A stretch of DNA of 64,000 nt from a bacterium (lineage in GTDB: Bacteria > Patescibacteriota > Gracilibacteria > JAHISY01), in contig JAJYAT010000004.1 in the NCBI GenBank assembly GCA_021779375.1, positions 34,884 through 98,883 on the forward strand. The letters are read 5' to 3'. This document shows, piece after piece, positions 45,544-54,104 of this stretch; position 1 is the first letter of the stretch; every line of letters starts with the position of its first letter. A program made the translations under genes and the position numbers. A model generated the notes under the pieces. That model was given only the letters and a program-made list of their open reading frames with translations, had not been told where the DNA came from and made no database searches.

Positions 45544-47361
45544 ATGTTTGCCACGATTCAAAAGATAGTTTCCGACGCACTTCCTGCGAAAATCGACTTC
45601 ACGCTCGAGACACCGCCGGATTCGCAATTTGGCGATCTCGCGACGAATGCGGCGCTGATTCTCGCTAAACAACTCGGTAAGAACCCACGCGAGCTGGCGA
45701 CCGAAATTGCTGCGAAAATTTCCGCGAGCGAGCTAGTGGCGAAAACTGAGATTGCCGGTCCGGGATTTATCAATATATTTCTAAAAGACTCGGTAATCTG
45801 GGAAGCGGCGCGCCAAAAAATCGAACCAAAAGAAGTAAGCAAAAATTCTCCTTTGATCGTCGTCGATTTCGGTGGCGAGAATATCGCGAAGCCGATGTCA
45901 GTCGGGCATCTTCGTTCTAACATCATCGGACAAGCTCTCTGCAATATCTACAAATTCATCGGCTGGCGTATCGTCGGCGATAATCACCTCGGCGATTGGG
46001 GCACACAGTTTGGAAAGCTAATCGTGGCGTGGAAGAAATGGGCAGGAGATAAAGATCCGACAGAGGCGACGATTCAAGAGTTAAATGATTTGTACGTTCG
46101 CTTTCATGAGGAGGCGGAGAAGAATCCAGAGTTAGAGGATGAAGCAAGGGAAACTTTCGCAAAATTAGAAAAAGACCAATTAGATTTTTTGGCGACAAAA
46201 TCAGTAGATGAGAAACGCAGGATAAAAGCTGAAAGCAGAGAATGGGCTTTGTGGACAGAGTTTATAAAAAATAGCATGAGAGAGTTTTATAAAACTCGTC
46301 AAAGACTTGGGGTTCAATTTCCTGAAAAAAATTTTCCCGAAGATGAAAACGGAAATCTTTTAATATGGGATCAATGGAATCAGGTAATTCCATATTATTG
46401 TCAGATTGGAGAAAGCGATTATTTGCAAGATTTAGCGAAAAATATTGAAGAGCTACTTGATGGTAAAGTTGCCCAAGAAAGTGAAGGCGCCATAGTCGTT
46501 TCTTTTGAAGAAGAGGGTTGGGGACCATTACTTTTTCGTAAATCAGATGGCTCGACTTTGTATGCTACGCGTGATTTGGCTGCGATTGAATTTCGAATTA
46601 AAAATTTCAATCCTCAAAAAATAGTCTATGCGGTTGGCTCAGACCAAGAACTTTATTTTAAGCAACTTTTTAAGGTGGCTAATGATTTTTTCCCGAAAGG
46701 TGATGAACCATTGAAAGTTCCCGAATTGGTTCACGCGAAGTTTGGGATGGTGCGGTTGCCAGAGGGGAAGATGAGCACGCGGAAAGGACGCGTGATTAGA
46801 TTGGAAAAATTACTCGATGAGGCACACGAGAAAATGGTAAAAATTTTAAAAGATAAGAGCCCTGATTTATCGCCGGAAGAGCGAGAAGTGCTCGCCGAGC
46901 AAATCGGAATAGGAGCGGTCAAATTCGCCGACCTCGGTCACGGTCGCGAGTCCGATATTACTTTCACTTGGGAATCCGCTCTTTCCTTCGAGGGTTACGC
47001 TGCGCCGTATCTCATGTACACCCATGCTCGCGCTTGCTCCATTTCACGCAAAGCCGGCGAATTTACTCTGCCGCAAAACATTGAAAAATTCTCCACTCCG
47101 ATTGAGAGACAGCTCGCCTTAAAATTAGACAAATTCGTAGGAGTCGTCGAAGAAGCTGCACAGAGCTATCACCTCCATCTCATCGCGACTTACATTTATG
47201 AGCTGGCGCAAGATTTCAATAACTTCTATCACAAATCTCGCGTGCTGAACGCTGAGAGTGAAGAACTCAAACGACTGCGTCTCGGTTTGGTGAAGCAGAC
47301 AGCGGGAATCATAAAAACAGGACTTGGGCTGCTCGGTATCGAGGCACCTGAAAAAATGTAA
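45544..47361 (+). CDS. argS: Arginine--tRNA ligase
   Basis: FGDLATN, GPGFIN, N.AKPMSVGHLRS, NHLGDWGTQFG, KSDG.TLY.TRD, KMSTRKG, PYL.Y.HAR. Confidence 0.96.
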   Translation: MFATIQKIVSDALPAKIDFTLETPPDSQFGDLATNAALILAKQLGKNPRELATEIAAKISASELVAKTEIAGPGFINIFLKDSVIWEAARQKIEPKEVSKNSPLIVVDFGGENIAKPMSVGHLRSNIIGQALCNIYKFIGWRIVGDNHLGDWGTQFGKLIVAWKKWAGDKDPTEATIQELNDLYVRFHEEAEKNPELEDEARETFAKLEKDQLDFLATKSVDEKRRIKAESREWALWTEFIKNSMREFYKTRQRLGVQFPEKNFPEDENGNLLIWDQWNQVIPYYCQIGESDYLQDLAKNIEELLDGKVAQESEGAIVVSFEEEGWGPLLFRKSDGSTLYATRDLAAIEFRIKNFNPQKIVYAVGSDQELYFKQLFKVANDFFPKGDEPLKVPELVHAKFGMVRLPEGKMSTRKGRVIRLEKLLDEAHEKMVKILKDKSPDLSPEEREVLAEQIGIGAVKFADLGHGRESDITFTWESALSFEGYAAPYLMYTHARACSISRKAGEFTLPQNIEKFSTPIERQLALKLDKFVGVVEEAAQSYHLHLIATYIYELAQDFNNFYHKSRVLNAESEELKRLRLGLVKQTAGIIKTGLGLLGIEAPEKM

Positions 47362-47366
47362 CCGCA

Positions 47367-47394
47367 GTAGAAACGTTGCATGCAACGTTTCTAC
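47367..47394. repeat. Perfect 28-bp GTAG-type REP palindrome
   Basis: GTAGAAACGTTGCATGCAACGTTTCTAC is its own reverse complement. Confidence 0.9.
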
Positions 47395-47421
47395 GAATTA
47401 TTTACGGATTGGTATTTTTTT

Positions 47422-47468
47422 GGATCCCCGCTTTCGCGGGGATGACAAAATGAGGGCGGGGACGACAA
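47422..47468. repeat. dRS3-like palindrome plus trailing half-copy
   Basis: GGATCCCCGCTTTCGCGGGGATGAC followed by TGAGGGCGGGGACGACAA; same layout as 53010-53055. Confidence 0.8.
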
Positions 47469-47495
47469 ATGGTAGCGCCGAAGTGACGAATGGAT

Positions 47496-48269
47496 TTACG
47501 AGAATTTTAATTCAAGTGAAATCGGGCAGTGGTCGCTGCCTAAGACTTCATTGTGGATTTCGGCGCGCGTGATATTTTTGCGCAGTTCGGCCGAGACGAA
47601 AAAACTGTCGATACGCCAGCCGACATTCCGCTCGCGCGCGCCTGAGCGCACACTCCACCAGGAATATTTCACTTCGTTCGGATGCAGTTCGCGAAACGTG
47701 TCGAGATAATTTTTGGCAATTAATTTATCAAGCCACTTGCGCTCAATCGGCAGGAAACCAGAAATTTTTTCATTCTCCTGCGGTCGAGCGAGATCAATCT
47801 CGCGGTGGGCGGTATTAATATCGCCACAAAAAACGATTGGTTTCTGCTTGCGCAGTTTTTCAATCAGCTTCAAAAATTCCTCGTAAAATTCAAGTTTAAA
47901 ACGCAGACGCGCGTCGCTCATTTTTCCATTTGGAAAATAAACATTCAGAAAATAAAACTCAGGAAATTCGGCGAGCAAGATGCGACCCTCGCCATTTAAA
48001 ACTGGCGCAGTGAATTCAGTTTGAACTTTGAGTGGCTCAATTTTCGCGTAAAGCGCGACGCCGGAATAGCCAGGTCGAGCTGCGGAATTCCAAAAGCTGC
48101 GGTAGCCATCGGGCGTGAGCAGATTCGCGCCGAGCTGATTCGGCGCGGCTTTCGTTTCCTGAATCGCGATGAGATCGGCAGGCGATTTCGCGAGCCATTC
48201 GAGAAAACCCTTTTTCGCGACGGCGCGAATTCCGTTGACGTTCCACGAAATGAGAGAAGTGGATTTCAT
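47496..48269 (-). CDS. xth: Exodeoxyribonuclease III
   Basis: SWNVNGIRA, QETK, GYSGVA, EGR, YFPNG, CGDIN.AH, GWRID.F, SDHCP. Confidence 0.96.
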   Translation of the reverse strand: MKSTSLISWNVNGIRAVAKKGFLEWLAKSPADLIAIQETKAAPNQLGANLLTPDGYRSFWNSAARPGYSGVALYAKIEPLKVQTEFTAPVLNGEGRILLAEFPEFYFLNVYFPNGKMSDARLRFKLEFYEEFLKLIEKLRKQKPIVFCGDINTAHREIDLARPQENEKISGFLPIERKWLDKLIAKNYLDTFRELHPNEVKYSWWSVRSGARERNVGWRIDSFFVSAELRKNITRAEIHNEVLGSDHCPISLELKFS

Positions 48270-48291
48270 TTAATTGAATAATGTCACGATT

Positions 48292-48825
48292 TTAATCGAA
48301 TAGATTAGAGCACATAGAAGCACTTGGTGACATTTTTATAACTGGTCCTTTCAGGTCGGCTTGCATACAAAATAACATTTTAGATTCAGATCTTTTGATA
48401 TAGCACCTAATGATTCTTGGATCATCAATTTTGAATTCGGTTTCCTCGATTAGCTTTTGTAAGCAATCGACGAATGAATCTCTCTGGGAGATAATTTTTT
48501 CATCTTCGAATTTAAGCTTCAAATTATCCAGAACAATCAATAACCTTCTCATCACATCATCGCGGAGAAAGACTGGTGGTAAGCCACGAATTTGCCCACC
48601 TCTTTCAGAAACCGAAAGAAAATTATTTACGAAGGTAAAAATATGATTAAAAGAGACGCCCCTGTCTCGTCCATCGCTATGAGTAATAAAATTTGAAAGA
48701 TCTAATAAGATTTGATCTTTAGAAAAACATGGTCTTAGCCATACAAACAATAAGCCGATATCGCTGCAGGTGAAATTACCATCTGTAATTTTATTGATAA
48801 TTTCTTGGATTTTCTCAGTTTTCAT
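48292..48825 (-). CDS. AT-rich hypothetical protein just downstream of tRNA-Ser
   Basis: 177-aa ORF from ATG 48825 with TAGAAT 8 nt upstream; no family recognised. Confidence 0.7.
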   Translation of the reverse strand: MKTEKIQEIINKITDGNFTCSDIGLLFVWLRPCFSKDQILLDLSNFITHSDGRDRGVSFNHIFTFVNNFLSVSERGGQIRGLPPVFLRDDVMRRLLIVLDNLKLKFEDEKIISQRDSFVDCLQKLIEETEFKIDDPRIIRCYIKRSESKMLFCMQADLKGPVIKMSPSASMCSNLFD

Positions 48826-48865
48826 TTGTTCGGATTCTAAAATAGTTTTTGATGACAAAAACCTT

Positions 48866-48955
48866 TGGCGGAGGGGGTGGGGATCGAACCCACGAGACCC
48901 TTGCGGGTCTGACAGTTTTCAAGACTGTTGCCATCGACCACTCGGCCACCCCTCC
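48866..48955 (-). tRNA. tRNA-Ser, anticodon TGA
   Basis: GGAGGGG.../CCCCTCC GCCA, anticodon arm ACAGT-CTTGAAA-ACTGT, long variable arm, GGTTCGATCC. Confidence 0.97.
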
Positions 48956-49025
48956 GTGCGGATGATTTTACAATAAAAGAATGCAGAAACGCGATTGATT
49001 ATGTTGCTACCGAGAGGGATGACAG

Positions 49026-50195
49026 TTATGAATATTTTTCAGCTGATTCAGTTTTCACAAAGCTCAGAAAAATCATCGCGAGTATAGTCAGTCCGAGCGA
49101 GACGACGAAGGGAATTGTCATGCCGAAAGTGTCCCAAAGAATTCCCGCGCCGAGCGAAGCGGGTAGAGCCGCCAAGCCGACTGCCATCTGATAACCGCCG
49201 AGTGCGCTGGCGCGTAGGTCGGGTGGAGCGAGTTCTGCGACGAAAGCTTTTTGAACCGGTTGCAGCGCGCCCTGGTGTAGACCGTAGGCTATGAAGATTG
49301 CGATGATCGCGACAAAGCCATTCAAAAAAATCGCGCTGACACAAACCAGAATCCAGCAAAATAGCGCGAGCAAAAAAACCGGCTTGCGTCCGATGCGGTC
49401 GGCGAGTTTGCCGAATGGCAGCGAGGTGAGTGAGGCGATGGCTGTGAACGCGAGGTAGAGCATTGGCAGAGTCGCTGGCGCGAAGCCTTCGTTTTTCGCG
49501 AAGATCAAAAGGAAAGAATAGCTGAAGGCGCCGCTGGCGAAAATCACGCTTGCCCACAAAACGATTTGAAAATTGCGCGAGAGATGGCGAAAACTAATGC
49601 CTTTGAAAACTTTTAGCTTCGCGACGGGCCGTTCTTTCACGAAAAATAAAATTAGTGCGACGCTCAAAAATGACGGAATCGCGGCGAGCAGAAACAGATG
49701 CTGGTAGCCCAAATAATTCAGCAAAAAAATCGTCGTCAAAATTCCGCAGACCGCGCCGAGATTATCCATCATCCTGAGCAGTCCGAAATTGCGACCGCGA
49801 TTGCGGTCGGTCGAAAGATCAGCGACGATGGCGTCGCGTGGCGCGCCGCGCATTTTGCCCGCACGATCGAGGATGCGAAAGGGAATCAGCCAAGGCCAAA
49901 ATTTGGTGAAGGCGTAGCCAAGTCGCGAGATGCCGCCGAAGAGATAACCCGTCCAAATAAAAACTTTGCGCCGCTGCCATTTGTCAGAAAAATAGCCGCT
50001 CACGGCTTGCGAGATACTCACGATGGCGTCGCCGATGCCGTCGACCAGACCGAGCACGCTCATGTCAGCGCCGAGCACGGTCGTCACAAAAATCGGCCAA
50101 ATCGGATAAATCATGTCGCTGCCGAAATCATTCAAAAACGAGGCGGCGGCGAAAGTGCGAATTTCGGTCGAAGTTTTGGGTTTCGACTTCTCCAT
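49026..50195 (-). CDS. MFS transporter
   Basis: About 12 TMs; G.FSDKWQRRK, DR.GK.RGAPRDA, GKLADRIGRK. Confidence 0.92.
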   Translation of the reverse strand: MEKSKPKTSTEIRTFAAASFLNDFGSDMIYPIWPIFVTTVLGADMSVLGLVDGIGDAIVSISQAVSGYFSDKWQRRKVFIWTGYLFGGISRLGYAFTKFWPWLIPFRILDRAGKMRGAPRDAIVADLSTDRNRGRNFGLLRMMDNLGAVCGILTTIFLLNYLGYQHLFLLAAIPSFLSVALILFFVKERPVAKLKVFKGISFRHLSRNFQIVLWASVIFASGAFSYSFLLIFAKNEGFAPATLPMLYLAFTAIASLTSLPFGKLADRIGRKPVFLLALFCWILVCVSAIFLNGFVAIIAIFIAYGLHQGALQPVQKAFVAELAPPDLRASALGGYQMAVGLAALPASLGAGILWDTFGMTIPFVVSLGLTILAMIFLSFVKTESAEKYS

Positions 50196-50198
50196 TTT

Positions 50199-51677
50199 TT
50201 AATTGCCGAGGGCGCGCCAGACTAGCTCTGCGATGAAGCCGCGATTTTCGGCTTTGTCGTAATCTTTCGCTTCACCAGTACGCAGAACATCTTTCGCGAG
50301 TGCGGCATTCACGAAGGGCGTGTACCAAGCCCCGCTCGTCGCAGTCACTGGCCAACCGAAAGCACTCACTAGAATTTTCAGTGCTTCGGCGCGATTGATC
50401 GGATTAGCCGGTCGGAATTTGCCGTCAGAATATCCGCCCACCCAGCCGCGCGATTTTGCGTAGCAAATATAGGGCGCGAACCATTCGCTGCCGACATCCG
50501 GAAAGCAATTCGTGCCGGAGATGGCGAGATTTTTGTCTTTGGTCGCACCGACCAAAATTTTCAAAAACTCTGCGCGATTAATTTGCAGATCTGCTCCGAA
50601 AGTTCCATTCGCATAGCCGGCAATTATTCCGAGTTTAGTCAGTCCGAGGATTGCGGCGAGGTGCGCGTTCGTTGGCGAGATATCCGAAAAAGGTGATTGG
50701 ATGATATTGACGCCGACATCGCCCGTCGTCCAAGAAACGAAGACGCGTGAACCGTCGTCTTTCACAAATGAGTAGGTGCGACTTTTTTGCATTTCAGTTG
50801 GCGCTTTCGGCAAACCGAAAACCGAGCTGCCCGCTGCCTTGTAATTTGCTTCTGGATTAAAACAGCTAGTCGCAATCGGGCAATAATTCTCTCCGCTCAT
50901 TGTGAGGTTTTCGAATTTTGCGCCGACGAGCGAGTGGGCGAGATTATTCCAAGTCGTGACGGCTTCGTCGGGAAGCGCAAACCCCGCGATATTTGAATAG
51001 CTGACGCGCTTCACATCTGATCCGAGCAACATCACGAGTTCCTTAATCGCGAAATTACTTTGTTCGGTCGTGCTCACCGCGGCTTGGTCTTCGTATTGCG
51101 TCGGCGAGAAACCGAAACCGGTCACCCAGATTGGTTTTTCGCAGCCGGCATCTTTCAGAATCTGGCGGTAAAAATTCACCCACTGCTCGACGGTGTAATT
51201 GGCATTCTTCTCCGCATTGACTTCATCCGGTGCGACGCCGAAGTGGAAAGGGTGGAAGGCGAGCACATCGAATTTTTCGCAGGCGCCGTCGAGCTTCAAA
51301 AAGGCTTTCAACCAAGCGTAATCGTAACCACCGAGACTACCGAGAACTGTGTCGGTCGTTTTGTCTGTCAGCTCGCCGAGGGTTTTGTCCAAGAAATCAG
51401 AATAATTCAGTGCGCGCGCCGTGGTCGTGAGACCGAGTCCGCGCGACTCCCTATTGGGCATGTCGCAAATCTCATTCGCAAAAATCGTGCGATCGGCATT
51501 GCGATAAAACATCACCGCTTGATTGTCGCTGTCCCAACAGCCGGTGATGACGCGGGGGTTTTGCTCGTCAATCTGAATATTGCCGGCGGAGTCGATGATG
51601 AGATCGACAGGCGTCGCCGCCAAAACAGGCGCGAATGAAAGGACGAACGCGAGGAAAGAGGTGAGTGCTTTTTTCAT
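50199..51677 (-). CDS. Secreted protein with a partial clan-A glycoside-hydrolase-like region and C-terminal SLH repeats
   Basis: Signal peptide; FDVLAFHPF, KPIWVTGFG; SLH motifs GII.GY.NGTF...INRAE and GYSDGKFRP.NPINRAE. Confidence 0.8.
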   Translation of the reverse strand: MKKALTSFLAFVLSFAPVLAATPVDLIIDSAGNIQIDEQNPRVITGCWDSDNQAVMFYRNADRTIFANEICDMPNRESRGLGLTTTARALNYSDFLDKTLGELTDKTTDTVLGSLGGYDYAWLKAFLKLDGACEKFDVLAFHPFHFGVAPDEVNAEKNANYTVEQWVNFYRQILKDAGCEKPIWVTGFGFSPTQYEDQAAVSTTEQSNFAIKELVMLLGSDVKRVSYSNIAGFALPDEAVTTWNNLAHSLVGAKFENLTMSGENYCPIATSCFNPEANYKAAGSSVFGLPKAPTEMQKSRTYSFVKDDGSRVFVSWTTGDVGVNIIQSPFSDISPTNAHLAAILGLTKLGIIAGYANGTFGADLQINRAEFLKILVGATKDKNLAISGTNCFPDVGSEWFAPYICYAKSRGWVGGYSDGKFRPANPINRAEALKILVSAFGWPVTATSGAWYTPFVNAALAKDVLRTGEAKDYDKAENRGFIAELVWRALGN

Positions 51678-51731
51678 GCGCCGATTCTAGAACAAATTTT
51701 GTGTTCTATCAATCGAGCTCATTACTCCAAG

Positions 51732-52049
51732 CTAGTCGGCAATCTTCTCACCAAGGAGAGAATGAATTTTGGCTTTATCCTCTTCGGATTTGAAAACGAT
51801 CAAATCTACTTTTTTGGATTGTTTAGCACTATTTGGGCAAGCTTGCCCCCTCAAAGAACATTTTTTATCGTCGCCGACCATTGGGCATTTGAGATCTTCA
51901 AATCTTTCTAAAGTTAGTGAATCTAAGTCAGGTATTGCCAAGGTTATAATCTCGTTACCCTCGAGTGCTTCGCACAAAAGAATTCTGACATGCCCTATTA
52001 TTGCTAGCTCCTTTAGCTGAGCCGAGCCAAGCTTGAGTGAATCAGGCAT
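51732..52049 (-). CDS. AT-rich hypothetical protein with a Cys cluster
   Basis: ATG 52049; C-x8-C-x6-C; upstream TTGACA-N16-TAATAT. Confidence 0.55.
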   Translation of the reverse strand: MPDSLKLGSAQLKELAIIGHVRILLCEALEGNEIITLAIPDLDSLTLERFEDLKCPMVGDDKKCSLRGQACPNSAKQSKKVDLIVFKSEEDKAKIHSLLGEKIAD

Positions 52050-52105
52050 AAAAATTAAAAATAAAATAAGTTGACATATTAACTTACAATTTTTAATTGT
52101 CAAGT

Positions 52106-52924
52106 TTAGAATTCAATGCGTTCGCCGACGGAGTCTCGGCGGTATTTGCCGAATTCGACCAGTTTCAGTGCGCGTTCGCCCTCGATGATTGGTCCTTCGC
52201 GGCAGACGCAGAAACCAGAGTCGTCCATCGCGCAGCTGCCACAGACGCCGATGCCGCACTTCATCATGCGTTCCAAACTCAGCTCGCTCGGGACTTTCGC
52301 GTCTTGGCAAATTTGCGCGACTTTTTGCAGCATCAATTCCGGACCGCAAGAGAAGACGGCGTCGACCCCCCCAGAAATCTGGGGGGTTAATTTTCCCTGT
52401 TTCTCTAGAATTTTCGCGAGCAGGTCGGTCGTGAAGCACTGCGTGCCGCGGCTACCGTCATCCGTAGCGATCGAAACTTTCGCTCCCATTTTCGCGGCGT
52501 ATTTTTCACCAAATAAAAATTTTTTCGAGCGTGCGCCGATGATGAAATTAACTTCGCAATGCTCAAGTCGTTCCGCCAAGCCGAGGAGTGGTGCGACGCC
52601 GAAGCCACCGCCGACTAAGACCACTTTCTTTTTTTTCAAGACGGAGAAGCCGCGACCGAAGGGTCCGCGAATTCCGACTGGCGCGCCGACTTTTTGACTC
52701 GTCAGTTTTTTCGAAAATTCACCGATGGCGGAGACTGTGATGCGAAACTCGCCTGTTTTCGTGCGCCAAATTCCGTACGGTTTTTCTTCCACGCGCGGCA
52801 GCCAGACCATTACAAACTGTCCGGGTGCGAAGTCAAAATTTCCCTTGAAAACAAGTGTTTTAATGCCATCAGCTTCGGCGATGACTTTCTGAATTTCGTA
52901 AACGGTGGGAAGAGTCTCGGACAA
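52106..52924 (-). CDS. pyrK: Dihydroorotate dehydrogenase electron transfer subunit
   Basis: PGQFVM, GPFGRGF, GGGFGVAP, TDDGS.G, CGPE.M, ERMMKCGIGVCGSC, VC.EGP. Confidence 0.93.
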   Translation of the reverse strand: MSETLPTVYEIQKVIAEADGIKTLVFKGNFDFAPGQFVMVWLPRVEEKPYGIWRTKTGEFRITVSAIGEFSKKLTSQKVGAPVGIRGPFGRGFSVLKKKKVVLVGGGFGVAPLLGLAERLEHCEVNFIIGARSKKFLFGEKYAAKMGAKVSIATDDGSRGTQCFTTDLLAKILEKQGKLTPQISGGVDAVFSCGPELMLQKVAQICQDAKVPSELSLERMMKCGIGVCGSCAMDDSGFCVCREGPIIEGERALKLVEFGKYRRDSVGERIEF

Positions 52925-53009
52925 TTTAAAATTTTAAATTTAAAATTTTGATTAGGTATTTATTTACAGGAGCGAGACGAGAGAATATTTTCATAGCTTT
53001 GGACTTACT

Positions 53010-53055
53010 GGATTCCCACTTCCGTGGGAATGACAATGAAGGTGGGGAATGACAA
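53010..53055. repeat. dRS3-like palindrome (ATTCCC-N8-GGGAAT) plus trailing half-copy
   Basis: GGATTCCCACTTCCGTGGGAATGAC followed by TGAAGGTGGGGAATGACAA. Confidence 0.85.
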
Positions 53056-53976
53056 CTATATTCTATGGGCGAGGCCGATGAGGTCGGCGACCTTTTTAAT
53101 TTTTTTGCGCTCACAGAATTTGGCAATTTCGCGTGTGATTTCGGCAAAAATTTCGGGACCGTCTTTCGCAGCTGAGCCGATGCCGACGAGGGTCGCGCCA
53201 GCCTCTAAAAATTCAATCGCGTCGCGACCGCTTGCAACTCCGCCCACGCCGATGATTGGAATTTTTACTGCCTGGAAAATTTCGAAAATCGCTTTGACCG
53301 CGAGTGGGCGAATCGCCGGCCCGGACAGTCCGCCGAATTTATTCGCCAGGATTGGCGCTGCGGTCTCGATGTCGATGACCATGCCGGGACCGACAGTATT
53401 GATTGCCGTGATTGCGTCGGCGCCTGCGGCTTCGACAGACCGTGCGATTTCAGCGATACTCGCAACATTCGGTGAAAGCTTCACTGCGAGCGGAATTTTT
53501 CCAATCTGTTTTTTCACAATTTTCACCGCGGCGGCGGCGTCATTTACGCTGCAGGCGAAAGGCTGACCGAATTCACTCGCGACATTCGGACACGAAATAT
53601 TCAGCTCAATTAAGTCCGGTTTCAGCTCCGCGACAGCTGCGGCGGTTTCACCGAATTCTTTTAAATTACTCGCGGCGATGCTCGCGAAAAGTGGCTTCTG
53701 TGACAGCTTGCGGAAATTCGCGAACTCGATGCGCGCCTCCTCGATCCCGCCGTGCGGCAGACCGACGGCGTTGATGAGATTTCCGCCGCCGAGATTGAGG
53801 ACGGTCGGATTTCGGTGGCCGGGATGCCTCTGGAGCCAAACTGACTTCGAAGTGACTGCGCCTGCTCCGGATTTCGCGACACTAGCTAGGCTGGCGCCAG
53901 TCGTACCTAAAATACCGCTCGCTAGCACAAGAGGATTTTCGAGCTTAATTCCGAGGAATTTTGTTGCTAGTTGCAT
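53056..53976 (-). CDS. pyrD: Dihydroorotate dehydrogenase, family 1B catalytic subunit
   Basis: NPLVLASG, NAVGL, ELNISCPN, VKLSPN, GGLSGPAIRP, IIGVGG. Confidence 0.95.
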   Translation of the reverse strand: MQLATKFLGIKLENPLVLASGILGTTGASLASVAKSGAGAVTSKSVWLQRHPGHRNPTVLNLGGGNLINAVGLPHGGIEEARIEFANFRKLSQKPLFASIAASNLKEFGETAAAVAELKPDLIELNISCPNVASEFGQPFACSVNDAAAAVKIVKKQIGKIPLAVKLSPNVASIAEIARSVEAAGADAITAINTVGPGMVIDIETAAPILANKFGGLSGPAIRPLAVKAIFEIFQAVKIPIIGVGGVASGRDAIEFLEAGATLVGIGSAAKDGPEIFAEITREIAKFCERKKIKKVADLIGLAHRI

Positions 53977-54104
53977 CTCGCTGATTTTAACAAAAATTTT
54001 CACCAAAAAATCTATTTTTTAGCAAGCCAAATAGGGTGAGTTTCGAGTAAATTTATGCTACAATTCTCCGATGTCGGATAAAACTTTTAACCATTAATTT
54101 TTTG

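Noticed and set aside
46020-46880. Diversity-generating retroelement target or intein in argS
   Set aside because: No template repeat or reverse transcriptase in the window; the inserts are too short and lack intein C/HN termini.
52066-52105. dif-like site (ATATGTCAACT on the minus strand)
   Set aside because: Arm spacing does not fit 11-6-11; it is better explained as a TTGACA-N16-TAATAT promoter.
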